Shown here: positions 21,375 through 32,235 of the stretch, one piece after another | How positions within the stretch are numbered: position 1 is the stretch's first letter | Layout: the number at the start of each line of letters is the position of its first letter | Origin: Waterburya sp. | Lineage (GTDB): Bacteria; Cyanobacteriota; Cyanobacteriia; Cyanobacteriales; Xenococcaceae | Reading direction: 5' to 3' | DNA: 64,000 bases | Assembly: GCA_965217895.1 (NCBI GenBank) | Contig: CBDCJV010000002.1 | Location: 3,136,001 to 3,200,000, forward strand | Notes under the pieces: generated by a model | What the model saw: the letters and a program-made list of their open reading frames with translations, nothing else | Database searches by the model: none | What the model was told of the DNA's origin: nothing | Made by a program: the position numbers and the translations under genes

Positions 21375-23339
21375 GTGAAAGTTCCCCGACTTCATCCAGA
21401 TACAATTGAAGAAGTACAGCAGCGAGTTGATATTGTTGATGTCATCTCAGAGCATATTGTTCTCCGCAAACGAGGCAAAGATTTTCTGGGTTTATGTCCT
21501 TTTCACAACGAAAAGACACCAAGCTTTAGCGTTAGTCAGGACAAGCAGCTATATTATTGTTTTGGCTGTAGTGCTGGGGGAAATGCCTATAAATTTTTGA
21601 TGGAGATTGGCAAACAGTCTTTTGGAGAAGTTGTCTTAGATCTAGCACGTCGCTATCAGGTAGAAGTTAAAACAGTTGAACCTGAGCAAAGACAAGAAAT
21701 TCAGCGTCAGCTAGGTATTAGAGAGGAACTCTATCGAATATTAGCAGTCACCTCAAGTTTTTACCAACACGCTCTCCATCAGTCTTTTGGAGAATTGGCA
21801 CTCAACTATTTGCGTTATCAAAGACAGATAGAAGACGCAACTATCAGTAAGTTTCAACTAGGTTATGCGCCTGCGGGTTGGGAAACTCTTTATCGATATT
21901 TAGTTGAGCAAAAACGCTATCCCGTTAATTTTGTCGAACAGGCAGGATTAATTAAACCCCGTAAAACAGGTGGTGGGTACTACGATGTATTTCGCGATCG
22001 CCTAATGATTCCCATTATGGACATCCAAGGCAGAATTATCGGCTTTGGTAGTCGGAGTTTGCAGGAAGAAGATCAGCCAAAATATCTCAATTCCCCTGAA
22101 ACACCTTTATTTGACAAAAGTAAGACTTTGTTTGTCTTAGATCAGGCCAAGACTCATATCAGCCAGGCTGACAGTGCAGTGGTAGTAGAAGGCTATTTTG
22201 ATGCGATCGCTCTCCACGAAGCAGGTATTGGTAATGTGGTGGCATCTTTAGGTACGGCATTTACTCAAAATCAACTCAAGCAGCTACTGCGCTTTACTCC
22301 TTCTAAACAGGTAATTCTGAACTTTGATGGGGATAATGCTGGACAAAAAGCTACAGAAAGAGCGATCGCCGAAGTAGAAGATTTGGTCTATGGCGGAGTG
22401 GTACAGCTACGTATTCTTAATCTTCCTGAGGGCAAAGATGCCGATGAATTTGTTAAAGGCAGAGAAGATGGCGCAGTATTGTATTATCAGGCTATAGAAG
22501 CTGCCCCCTTATGGTTAGATTGGCTGATTAGCCGCTTGATGGCAGATAAGAATATGAAAGCTGCCGACGAGTTTCAACAGGTAGCAGCAGGAATGATCAT
22601 GCTGCTAAATAAACTACAGGATGCCAATCAACGCAACCATTATTTAACTCAATGTGCCGAATTACTCAGTCAGGGAGATGCCAGACTAGTTTTACAAAAT
22701 TTGGCTACCCTAAAGTCACAAATCAAATCGCCTCGCCCTAGATATCAAGGCAATTCTACTAAGAAACAGAAAAATAATTCTAACTCAGCCAAACCAGATT
22801 TTGCGATCGCTAGTCCCCCCGAAAGCGAACTATTAGAACAAGCAGAAACCTTATTGCTCAGGATCTATATTCACTATTCCCGATATCGAGAGCAGATTAT
22901 AGAGCAGCTAGAAACTAAAGACTTATTATTTAGCCTTGCTGCTCATCGGTTTTTATGGCAACAAATAATTGCCATTGAAGATGATCTACCTAGTCCATCA
23001 TTAGATAATGCTAACCCGCTATTAAGTGAATTGCATAACCGTAGTTTAGATTTTCCTGAAAAAATGATGATGGTGACAAAACTGTTTCATTTAGATGAAA
23101 AAACCCAAGAAGATGTTTTTCGTGCCGATATAAGAGTATCTGAAGCGATCGCCTCTCTAGAACAGGTAAACTATCAAAAGCGTCAAATATACTGTGCAGA
23201 ACAACTACAAAATCTCGATCCTGTTACAGATTTAAAGCTAATGAAATATTATTACCAAGAAATTCAAATCGCCGTCGAAAAAATTAGGCAACTAGAACAA
23301 ATACGCTTGGCTTTCTCACAAGATCCCATTATTCAATGA
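21375..23339 (+). CDS. dnaG: DNA primase
   Basis: CHC2 zinc finger CPFHNEKTPSF...CFGC, KYLNSPET, and TOPRIM VEGYFD and FDGD. Confidence 0.97.
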   Translation: MKVPRLHPDTIEEVQQRVDIVDVISEHIVLRKRGKDFLGLCPFHNEKTPSFSVSQDKQLYYCFGCSAGGNAYKFLMEIGKQSFGEVVLDLARRYQVEVKTVEPEQRQEIQRQLGIREELYRILAVTSSFYQHALHQSFGELALNYLRYQRQIEDATISKFQLGYAPAGWETLYRYLVEQKRYPVNFVEQAGLIKPRKTGGGYYDVFRDRLMIPIMDIQGRIIGFGSRSLQEEDQPKYLNSPETPLFDKSKTLFVLDQAKTHISQADSAVVVEGYFDAIALHEAGIGNVVASLGTAFTQNQLKQLLRFTPSKQVILNFDGDNAGQKATERAIAEVEDLVYGGVVQLRILNLPEGKDADEFVKGREDGAVLYYQAIEAAPLWLDWLISRLMADKNMKAADEFQQVAAGMIMLLNKLQDANQRNHYLTQCAELLSQGDARLVLQNLATLKSQIKSPRPRYQGNSTKKQKNNSNSAKPDFAIASPPESELLEQAETLLLRIYIHYSRYREQIIEQLETKDLLFSLAAHRFLWQQIIAIEDDLPSPSLDNANPLLSELHNRSLDFPEKMMMVTKLFHLDEKTQEDVFRADIRVSEAIASLEQVNYQKRQIYCAEQLQNLDPVTDLKLMKYYYQEIQIAVEKIRQLEQIRLAFSQDPIIQ

Positions 23340-23450
23340 TTGAGAGATGGAAGCAGCAGAATATGTCAAGGTCATACGTCTACTGTTCATTCATAGCGAT
23401 CGCTCTTTAAGTTAGGATTGGATCACAGGTGTTAATAAAGGGCTTCGCCC

Positions 23451-23660
23451 AGCTATTAGCTCTTAGCTCTTAGCTCGATCAAACATAGTCTTGAACTATG
23501 CCCGATCTTAGACATCGTGAAGACGGTGGGATCTTGAACCCAATGCGCTATGGCGCGTTAAACGCAGCGCGAACGCGCAGATCGTCGTAAGACGACTTCA
23601 AAGCTTTGCTTTGTGCGCTAAAAGCTAAAAGCTAAAGGCTAAAGGCTAAAGGCTAAAAGC
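23451..23660. repeat. Composite repeat: inverted heptamer tracts enclosing GC-rich mini-hairpins
   Basis: (TTAGCTC)n at ~23456-23476 and (GCTAAAA/G)x6 at ~23617-23660 enclose short hairpins such as gtcgtaagacgac and caaagctttg. Confidence 0.65.
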
Positions 23661-23716
23661 TTTTTTGATAAAAATATCATAGCTAAATGCGATCGCCTTT
23701 TTAATTTGAAAAAATG

Positions 23717-23732
23717 GTACGATATAAGGTAC
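23717..23732. promoter_or_regulatory. Putative YefM-YoeB autoregulatory operator
   Basis: GTAC-N8-GTAC about 20 bp upstream of the antitoxin ATG. GTAC-core palindromes are typical of yefM-yoeB promoters. Confidence 0.45.
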
Positions 23733-23751
23733 GCATTCAAAATCAAGGCTT

Positions 23752-24000
23752 ATGAAACCGTTCACTGTCAGAGAAGCTAGAGATAACCTATATAGACTTA
23801 TAGATCAGATCGCCGAAAGCCATCAGCCAATAACTATCAAAGGAAAGCGCAACGATGCAATATTAATATCAAGAGAAGACTGGGAAGCTATTTCCGAAAC
23901 GATATATCTTAATAATATTCCTGGAATGGTGGAATCTATTAAACAAGCAGCAGCAGAATCTTTAGAGGAGGGAACGCCTTTAGAGGAACTTGATTGGTGA
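23752..24000 (+). CDS. yefM: Phd/YefM family antitoxin
   Basis: TVREARDNLYRLIDQ...AILISREDWEAISETIYL. Confidence 0.9.
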   Translation: MKPFTVREARDNLYRLIDQIAESHQPITIKGKRNDAILISREDWEAISETIYLNNIPGMVESIKQAAAESLEEGTPLEELDW

Positions 24001-24257
24001 TAAAATGGCAAATCATATTATCAAAACAAGCAAAGAAAGATGCTAAGAAATTGGCTTCTAGCGGATTAAAGTCCAAAGCAGAAGTAATACTAGAAACATT
24101 ACAAAATAATCCCTATCAACCACCATACGAAAAATTAATCGGCAATTTAACAGGATATTATTCTCGTCGAATTAATATTCAACATCGCTTAATCTACGAA
24201 GTAAAAGAAGCAGAAAAAATAGTCAAAGTTCTAAGAATGTGGACTCACTACGAATAA
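23997..24257 (+). CDS. yoeB: Txe/YoeB family mRNA interferase toxin
   Basis: YEKLIGNLTGYYSRRINIQHRLIY...MWTHYE. GTGA overlap with the antitoxin. Confidence 0.92.
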   Translation: MIKWQIILSKQAKKDAKKLASSGLKSKAEVILETLQNNPYQPPYEKLIGNLTGYYSRRINIQHRLIYEVKEAEKIVKVLRMWTHYE

Positions 24258-24422
24258 ACACTTTCTAATGTAGCTAATTTACAGAAAAGCGATCGCGCCG
24301 TCATAGTAGAGACTGCATTGATAGACATAACCCTTGTCCTTCTTGTTCACTTGGACAAAGAAACTTGACCTCAATACTTTATACTTTTTGAGTAAAACTC
24401 CAGTTTTCAAGGTGGACAAAGT

Positions 24423-24875
24423 TCAAGAGGCTGGATATTGGTCAAATTTTTGCATTAATTCCAATAGTTCTTCTTGACTGGGTTGTCGTCCATCTTTTTT
24501 CAATTCTGCCAAGCCGATAAAATATTGCTCTCGCGAATCTGCGGGACAAAACATAATTAAGAACTTAGCTCTTTTTGCACTACGATTGGAAAAACCGTGA
24601 GGCGTGTTTTCTGGCACGCTCATTAAACTTCCTGAGACGGCAGTTATTTTCTGTTGACCTAGCACCAATTCTAATTCCCCTTCCACAACATAAAAGATCT
24701 CGGTCATCTGTTTGTGTATATGAGGACTTGGACCTTCGGTTTCTGGCTCTAAGGTATATTCAAAAAGTCCAAAGTGACCATGAGTATCCTTTCCTGTCAG
24801 CTTAAAAGTACAGTTATTCGTACCAATTGTTACCGACTGTCCTTCTCCTGGATGAAGAATGATGGGTAATGACAT
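24423..24875 (-). CDS. Cupin domain protein
   Basis: Cupin motifs PHIHKQMTEIFYVVEG and PENTPHGF. Confidence 0.85.
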   Translation of the reverse strand: MSLPIILHPGEGQSVTIGTNNCTFKLTGKDTHGHFGLFEYTLEPETEGPSPHIHKQMTEIFYVVEGELELVLGQQKITAVSGSLMSVPENTPHGFSNRSAKRAKFLIMFCPADSREQYFIGLAELKKDGRQPSQEELLELMQKFDQYPAS

Positions 24876-24887
24876 TTTTAAAACCTC

Positions 24888-24965
24888 TTAAGAATTGGGA
24901 ATTACTGCTACTGCATCAATCTCAAACAACATTTGATCGTCTGCTAGTCTAGGTACGGGAATTGC
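24888..24965 (-). pseudogene. C-terminal remnant of a RidA/YjgF family gene
   Basis: Reads AIPVPRLADDQMLFEIDAVAVIPNS* immediately after the uraD stop, with no start codon. Confidence 0.6.
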
Positions 24966-25472
24966 TTATTTTATTAATGTTTTTAGACGAATTTGAGCAA
25001 TTTTACTAATTTCTGATAAAGCCTGCTGTTTTTCTTGTGCTGGAGTATTTTTTAAACGAGTCTCAAAAGCTGCCAAAATACTATCTTTAGTCTGGTTTTT
25101 AACTGCAATAATAAAGGGAAAATCGAACTTATCTTTATAAGCCTGATTGAGAGATTGAAAACGCTGATATTCTGATTTGGATAAGCGATCTAAGCCAACT
25201 CCCGCTTGCTCTTGTACCGAAGCTTCTGCCATCTTCGTTTTACTACCCAAATCGGGATGAGCCTTGATTAACGCTACCTGTTCGGCCTCACTCATATTAT
25301 CTACCACTGCAACCATAGCTTGATATAAAGCATCAACATCTTTAAAAGGTCTGCTGTGCCATGTTTGGTTCGCAATTTCTGGCGTTTCCTCCCAAATCTC
25401 GCCTAAAGCAGCAGTGAATGACCCTTGAGACATCTGATTTAATTGAGCGATCGCATATTGTCGGTTATTCAT
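24966..25472 (-). CDS. uraD: OHCU decarboxylase
   Basis: Motifs IKAHPDLG, SVQEQAGVGL and LNQAYKDKFDFPFIIAV. Confidence 0.92.
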   Translation of the reverse strand: MNNRQYAIAQLNQMSQGSFTAALGEIWEETPEIANQTWHSRPFKDVDALYQAMVAVVDNMSEAEQVALIKAHPDLGSKTKMAEASVQEQAGVGLDRLSKSEYQRFQSLNQAYKDKFDFPFIIAVKNQTKDSILAAFETRLKNTPAQEKQQALSEISKIAQIRLKTLIK

Positions 25473-25493
25473 TTTTTCTCTGTTAAAACTGTC

Positions 25494-26234
25494 CTAAATC
25501 TTGTTTTTTAATGATACTAAGTAGCAAGTGCGATCTGCTCGTGAAAGGGTTTCACCGCAAACTAAAGGTTGTTGCTTCTTCCCATAAGCAATATAACGAT
25601 AGACTAAGATGGGAGTGCCTAAAGGTGCTTGGAGATGTTCGGCAATTTCAGATGTGGCATGGGTGCTTTCTAGAACCACTTCTGTAGATGCTAAGTAATA
25701 GCCAGATTGATGAAGAGTAGCGTAGGTAAAGCCCGTTTGCAATAATTCTGCCAGATTTTCTGCTATATCTACTGGAAAATAGGAAATGTCTATTGCGATC
25801 GCCTGACGGTTTGCGAGAATAATTTTTTGCTGTTGGTAAACTTCAGCTTCAGGCTGAGATAGTTCTAGTTGAGTACAAATTTTTGATGAAGCTTTAATAA
25901 GTTGAAAACTGAGATTATAAATTTCACCTGTTAGTCCTTGTCGAGATAAATCTTCGTTAAAAAAGGTGAGGGGATTTGAGAGGGAAAAGCCGATCTTTTG
26001 CTGCTGTTTGACAAAAGCACCTTTTCCTTGCTGTGTATATACAAGTCCCTGATTAATTAAATTGGCGATCGCTTTTCTAATCGTAGTTCTACTTACTCCA
26101 AACAAAGCACCAAGCTCGAATTCGCTGGGCAATAGTTCTCCTGGAGTATAAACTCCAACTTCAATTTCGGTTCTTAACTTTTCAGAAATAATTTGATGTA
26201 GTGGATTTTTGGCTTTTTTGGGCAGTTTCGCCAT
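25494..26234 (-). CDS. GntR family (HutC/UTRA) transcriptional regulator
   Basis: wHTH LPSEFELGALFGVSRTTIRKAI followed by a UTRA-length C-terminal domain. Confidence 0.9.
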   Translation of the reverse strand: MAKLPKKAKNPLHQIISEKLRTEIEVGVYTPGELLPSEFELGALFGVSRTTIRKAIANLINQGLVYTQQGKGAFVKQQQKIGFSLSNPLTFFNEDLSRQGLTGEIYNLSFQLIKASSKICTQLELSQPEAEVYQQQKIILANRQAIAIDISYFPVDIAENLAELLQTGFTYATLHQSGYYLASTEVVLESTHATSEIAEHLQAPLGTPILVYRYIAYGKKQQPLVCGETLSRADRTCYLVSLKNKI

Positions 26235-26695
26235 AGTTAAAAGTAATAGTTGCAGCAGACTAGATGATCAATATTGTAGGCAACATTATCTTGCAAGCAA
26301 CAAAATCCATTTAGGTGATGGTTTAGCGGTTAGTCAATGCTCATTTTTTGTGCTATACCTAGTCGGCACTAAAGATTAATAATTTTCTAGATCGATATTT
26401 ATTTTTTACCAGAATAAAAAGTGTGTAATATACTTAACTGATATATAAATGTATTTTTATTAAAGTTTGTATTTCAAGCATTTTTGTATATGAGCTTACA
26501 TATATGTTTTAAATATATAATTAGCGATTACAAGGCATTTATTCGCTGTCTCAAAGGTGATGGTTATAACTGTCAATGCAATTTCAAGATGTGACTTATA
26601 TATTCCAATTTTCATCTTGTATTCTTTTAAGTTATCAATCTACTTTTGTCAGGAAACCTCATTAATTTTGTTTAACTTACTAATAGAGATCCTAA

Positions 26696-29101
26696 ATGAT
26701 TCACAAAGTTTTTGACTCGTCAAATGAAAAATCAAGTATTGACCAACAATTAGAAGAAAATATTTTTTTTAATTTGAGTGAGAATAATCTGTCAGATGAT
26801 GACTTGAGCGGTATGAATATAGCCAGAACAGAAAAGGCAAAGCAGCAGATTTGGCAGGGCATAAGAACAGAAAAAAAAGGTAATTTCGAACAAGCAATTG
26901 CTCATTATCGTCTGGCAATTGAGGAAGATCCAGAGTCTGCCAAGGCTTACCAACTGTTATCTAATGCTCTTAAAAAAATTCGCGAGCAACGTCAATATAG
27001 GTCAAGTAATTTAAATAAAATAAAAAGCGAAATCTCAGAAAGTTTAGTTAAATCATATGTGGCTTTTAAAGAAGTAACAGTTGAAGAAACTAAAGACGCT
27101 AATTTTAATCAAGTTTCCCAAGTTTCTGGTGGTCACAAATCAGCTAAACAAAAAACAGAGCCGAAAGCTCCGCCGTTAGACGGTTTAAGCTCTCAGCAAC
27201 CAATTTCTAATTTATCTCAGACCGATATGTTGTCATCGTCAATGGTCTTAAATCCAGGCAAAGAAACAGTTGTGCTGCCAAGCGTTAGTGCTTTACCATC
27301 AGGAGAACTGGTTTTGCAAAAAAGTCTTTCGGCTGCTGAAATATATGTAGAGCAAGCTTTGGCATATTTTGAGCAAAAACAGTGGGATGAGAGTATTGCT
27401 GCTTGTAAAGAGGCATTAAGGATCTGTCCAGATATTGGCGAAGCATACAAAGTATGGGGCAACTGTCTGCAACAGTCTGGACATAGTGCCAAAGCAATTG
27501 GCATTTATGCTAAGGCTTTAGAAGTCCAGCCAGACATGGCAGATATCTACTGCAACTTGGGAAGTATCTATGCCAAGCAGCAAAAGTGGCAACGCTCAAT
27601 TGAGTATTATCAAAAATCCAGCCTAATAAATCCTAAAAATGCTAGTTCTTACCGTAATTTAGCCAAAGTTTGGAACAGGCTGGGAGAGTACGAAAAATCG
27701 GCGGAATGCTTTTTTAAAGCTTTAGAGCTTGAGCCTGGCATGATCTCTGCCCAAAATCATTTCGATCTAGCTAATAATTTGCTGGAGGAAAACAAGCTAG
27801 ATAGAGCGATCGCCTGCTATAAATACTGTGTTTACCTGGAAGCTAATTATTTTAGAGCCTATGTCAAGTTGGCTGATGCCTTAGAAAAAAACGGTCAAAC
27901 TGAAGAAGCGTTATTTTATTATAAAAGGTTGGCTCAGTTACAGGCAAAAGAGCATCAGCCCCTAGAAGCTCAGGCAAAATCCACTCAGCAGATCCGTAGT
28001 TTTTTAACTTCAGAGACTGGATCTTCAAAGCCAAAAATGCTTCTTCAGGGTGACAGTCCTCAAAAGTCAAATCTTCAGCTACAGCCCGCCAAAGACTTGA
28101 AGCTTGAGTTACAAATTAAAAAGTGCTTAGAAGCAGTCAAGCAACAGCCAAAGTCAGGGGAGATTTGGCTACAGCTGGGGAATCTTTATCTGCGCAATCA
28201 GCAGTGGCAGAATGCTATATCTAGCTATGGTCAAGCAATTAAGATTTCACCCCAGGAAAAGAAGTACTACATTTGTCTTAGTAAAGCTTGGTTTAAGGCA
28301 AATGACGACGTTAAAGCCTGTCAATCTCTATTTCGAGGGTTTGCCCTAGAGCCTAAAGGGGTTTCTGCTAAAAATTATTATTTATTAGGCAACAAGCTAT
28401 TAGAGCAAAATCAAGTTAAACAAGCGATCGCCTGTTATCGTCAGGCAATTACCAATGAAGCCAATTTTATTCAAGCCTATTGGCAGCTTAGTAAAATTCT
28501 AACGACTCAAAAAAAGATTCCTGAGGCAATTAGCTATCTTCGGCGGGCAATCAAAATTCAGCCGAAATTTCAAAATGCTTACCTACGTTTGGGAGATCTG
28601 TTTCTCCTGCAAAAAGAATACGAAGGCGCATCTGCCTGTTATCGGCAGTTGGTTAAGCAAAACCCTCAGAGTAATCAGGGCTTTCATCGTCTGGGGGATG
28701 TCTTATTAAAGCAGGAAAAATGGTCAGAGGCTGCTGTGGCTTATCAAAAAGCAATTCGGTTATTCCCTAAGAATTCCTGGTCTTATCAAAATTGAGGAGA
28801 TGCCTTATTAAAGCAAAAAAAATGGTCAGAGGCTGCTCAATGTTATCAGGCGGCGATCGCTTTAAACCCAGATTTTGTTTGGTCTTATCAAAATTTAGGA
28901 GATGCCTTATCAAAGCAAGAAAAATGGTCAGAGGCAACTGTAGCTTATCGTCAGGTATTAAAATTGCGCTCTGATTTACCCTGGACACATCTAAATTTGG
29001 GCGATGCTTTAGCTAAACTTTTTAGTTGGCAAGAGGCAATTTCTAGCTATGCTTTAGCTATTAGGCTTAACCTAAATTTTTCAGAAGCTTATGCCCATTA
29101 A
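26696..29101 (+). pseudogene. Tetratricopeptide-repeat protein interrupted by an in-frame TGA at 28793-28795
   Basis: Many TPR units. The frame continues GDALLKQKKWSEAAQCYQAAIALNP... to TAA at 29099-29101. The neighbouring repeat has TTA at the equivalent codon. Confidence 0.75.
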
Positions 29102-29453
29102 ACAACTATCGTCTAAAGACACTAGAGAAGCTAGCTTGTTAGTAGAATCGCTTACTTTGAGATCGCGAGGTTAGAGAGAGTTTTCGGTATAATGCCCTAA
29201 TTGACTGTTTATCAAGCAACTCTAATGTCACAATTATCTATAATTGGAGCTATCGTATTAGCAATTTTTTGCGATCGCCAAAACTAATAAAAATAGTAAA
29301 AAGTAATTTTGGTAACAGCAAAAATTATAAAATGGTATATATTTCTATCTTAAATAAAATCAAAATACCAGCCTCTAAATTAAGGACAATTTATCAGTCT
29401 AAATTTTGTCAACATTTTTATTCGGATGAAGATTTAAAAATGTTTTTCAAGAA

Positions 29454-29894
29454 GTGGTCAGCAGAAAAAAAGTAACATCAACATCATCGGTAAAGATCAT
29501 GGAAGTATCAGGGATATTAACGCCAATCGAAGACATAAACGATGCACTTCTAAAAACAGTAGAATATAGAAAAAATGGAGACTTTGATAGTGCCATTTTG
29601 ATTTACCAAAAATTAATACAGCTTCAGCCTGGTAATTCAGTCTTTTACGATCGAATAGCCCAAACTCAAGCTCAACAAAGCAGTTTTTCTGAAGCAATAG
29701 ACAATTATAAGCAAGCAATCAATTTGGGGATTAAGAACCCTATTTGGACTTATAAAAACTTAGGCGATGCTTTAAGAGAAGAAAACAGAATAGAAAAAGC
29801 CGAATTAACCTATTTTGAAACGATTAAAGTTGATTCTAGCAATTCGTTTGTCTATGATTGTTTAGGGCGGGTTCAAGCTCAACAGCATATTTAG
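29454..29894 (+). pseudogene. TPR-protein fragment
   Basis: Two to three TPR units, ending abruptly mid-repeat. Confidence 0.55.
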
Positions 29895-30030
29895 AATAGG
29901 TTCTTGCAGGGTTTTTGATATACCAAATCACTTCAATAAAAATATTCAGTTTATTAATAGTCCAATTGGCTATACTCATTCTTTAGAAGAACATATACAG
30001 TTAATAAAATTTTTAAAGAAAGACCTAGTA

Positions 30031-30411
30031 TTGCCTGAATATCTTTGTCAATATATTCTCACTTTCTGTGGTGGAGATGAAAAGAAAGAGAATATTAATG
30101 AGATAGTAGATTTCAATAGAAAGGTTTTAAATGAGGCAGACGTTTATTTAGTTGAGGTATGTACCTTAAAATTAATTCGCTATAAAAATGTGTTTCTCCA
30201 ACGAAGTAGATTTTTAGACTATAAGGTAAGAGGTATAGAAAAGCCTTCTCTAGAATTAGAGTCAGGTTATAAAGAATATGTTCAGAATGAAGATGATTTT
30301 GCTGAAATAGACTCTCCTGGTTCGAGAGTTACTTCTACACCTTTATTGTTGTCAGTATATGTAGTCATTTTTTATCCAAATTATTTATACCAATTTAAAT
30401 TAAACAGATGA
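30031..30411 (+). pseudogene. Probable gene fragment of unknown function
   Basis: AT-rich 126-aa ORF following the TPR fragment; family not recognised. Confidence 0.3.
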
Positions 30412-30488
30412 CACATCATTATTTGTAGGGGCGAATGGTAGTTCGCCCTTACGAGATATCTGTAGCAAACACCATTTGATTTGGTATA
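30386..30488. mobile_element. MITE-like element (TATACCAA...TTGGTATA) containing a 28-bp REP-like hairpin
   Basis: Terminal inverted repeats with GTAGGGGCGAATGGTAGTTCGCCCTTAC inside at 30425-30452. Confidence 0.5.
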
Positions 30489-30522
30489 GGAATCAAATTT
30501 GCCTATCTCACAAAGCATGAAT

Positions 30523-31995
30523 CTATTTTAGTAACTCTTCACCACGGCGAAATAATTCCCGCGCATAATCTGTCCAAGTGCCTTGTCCCCAATAGCGGAA
30601 ACAGCTAGTTTCTACTAGCATTACGTATAGCAATGCTTCCTGGTATTCCTTGGTTTTAGTTGTCGCAGGATCTTGAGCAACTAAAGCATCATATTTTTGA
30701 TGGAACATAGCACTTAGCTGATTCATCGGTTCGAGGACATTTTCGTAACCTTTAACCCAACTAAGGTCGTCTGTCCAAGATGCACCATCCATGTGAAACT
30801 GATGATCTGTTGACTGTAGAAGTGCGATCGCCTGTGCCACCTTTTCTGGTGTAGCATTATCAACATCGACTTGTTGCCAAATTTTGTGTTGTCCAACAGC
30901 CTGACAGATAGGATAGTCTTCTGGCTTGACTCCCGCAGCTTCTATTAGCTCAATATATTCCGTACCGTTAAGCCCGACAACACTATGATTATCTTTTAGT
31001 TCATGCCAAACGGGTTGATAGTCACGGGCAAATTCATTCATCATCACCCCGCCGTTTTCCCCGTCAGCGATTTGGCTAACGCAACTAGGTACAGATATAT
31101 CTCCTATTTTCTGTTTTCCTCTGCCTTTAGCTTCATGATATGGTTGCATTTGAGCCACAAGCTTGGTATCCGAACCTTGGGTTTTAATTAGTGCAGTGAT
31201 GCTAATAGTTTCTCCTCTAGAATTATGGGCAACTAGCCGATTAGGCAGATATTTATCATCATGATGTAAACTTGCACCATCTAATCTGGTGACAGAATGT
31301 TCCTGTACCAGTAGCCAACGATAGCCACACTCTTTAAGAGCTTTGATATATTCATAGAGAGTATCAGGATTGTTAGGCAGGTGCATTTCTGGAGGAGAAA
31401 AGCCTTTAACTCGCCCAAGTGCCTCAAAACCAAAGATAGCTGCAAAGTAATGTTGCCAAGCTTGAATCTGAAGTTTGATGTCGGGAATAGGTGTGGAGGG
31501 GACAACTGCATGACTCCACATCGTGCCTAGCCATTCAACATAAGGCTGATATTGTGAATTAGTAAGTTTCTTGAGGTTGTCTAAAATATCATTGCGTCCC
31601 ATTTGCTGAAAACCCCAAAGGAGATTTCCAGAATAGTCCAGCATAATGCGAGGATTACAACCATTCGCCACTAGTTCGGGTATCCAGTCCCCCATGCGAC
31701 TATAGCACCAGGCAAACACTCCTGCGTTATGATTGTCCCCATCATTGGGATGTTCAAACATATGTTGCAGGTTACATATTAGTTCGCCGTTTGCCCCTGC
31801 GGGGATTGTGGGCTGGTGCATATGCAGGGCGCAAGCAAAGCTGGCGTTTACCTGTTCAAGATTGATGTTGCTGTGGGGTAAAAATACAGGCTGATTGTGA
31901 TTGACTGCTGTGGCGATATCTGATTCCCAACCACAGATGTTGGGTAAACCATTAGTTGTTATTGATAAATTTTGAGGTTGTGTGGCGATTGGCAT
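30523..31995 (-). CDS. Glycoside hydrolase family 57 protein
   Basis: Motifs HMHQP, GFSPPEM, DGENG and ETSCFRYWG. Confidence 0.85.
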   Translation of the reverse strand: MPIATQPQNLSITTNGLPNICGWESDIATAVNHNQPVFLPHSNINLEQVNASFACALHMHQPTIPAGANGELICNLQHMFEHPNDGDNHNAGVFAWCYSRMGDWIPELVANGCNPRIMLDYSGNLLWGFQQMGRNDILDNLKKLTNSQYQPYVEWLGTMWSHAVVPSTPIPDIKLQIQAWQHYFAAIFGFEALGRVKGFSPPEMHLPNNPDTLYEYIKALKECGYRWLLVQEHSVTRLDGASLHHDDKYLPNRLVAHNSRGETISITALIKTQGSDTKLVAQMQPYHEAKGRGKQKIGDISVPSCVSQIADGENGGVMMNEFARDYQPVWHELKDNHSVVGLNGTEYIELIEAAGVKPEDYPICQAVGQHKIWQQVDVDNATPEKVAQAIALLQSTDHQFHMDGASWTDDLSWVKGYENVLEPMNQLSAMFHQKYDALVAQDPATTKTKEYQEALLYVMLVETSCFRYWGQGTWTDYARELFRRGEELLK

Positions 31996-32235
31996 GATTA
32001 TTTTCTAACATTACAAGATAACAACTCCATTCTATTGGTATTAACTATTATTGATACCAGGAAGTAATAAGTAATAATTATTAATGTTCAAGGTTCTGTA
32101 GCGATCGCCAAACTTTATTACACTAGCAATATAATCTATCCTTAACTTAAAACTGAGGTATTTTTACTTGCTTGCAAAGTAAAAATTGCAAGTCTAACGT
32201 CGCTTTGTTTTAAGCCTTAAGCCTTGTACCAATAT

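Noticed and set aside
23524..23548. tRNA T-arm-like ggtgggatcttgaaccca
   Set aside because: No cloverleaf or acceptor stem can be built; it is part of the repeat cassette.
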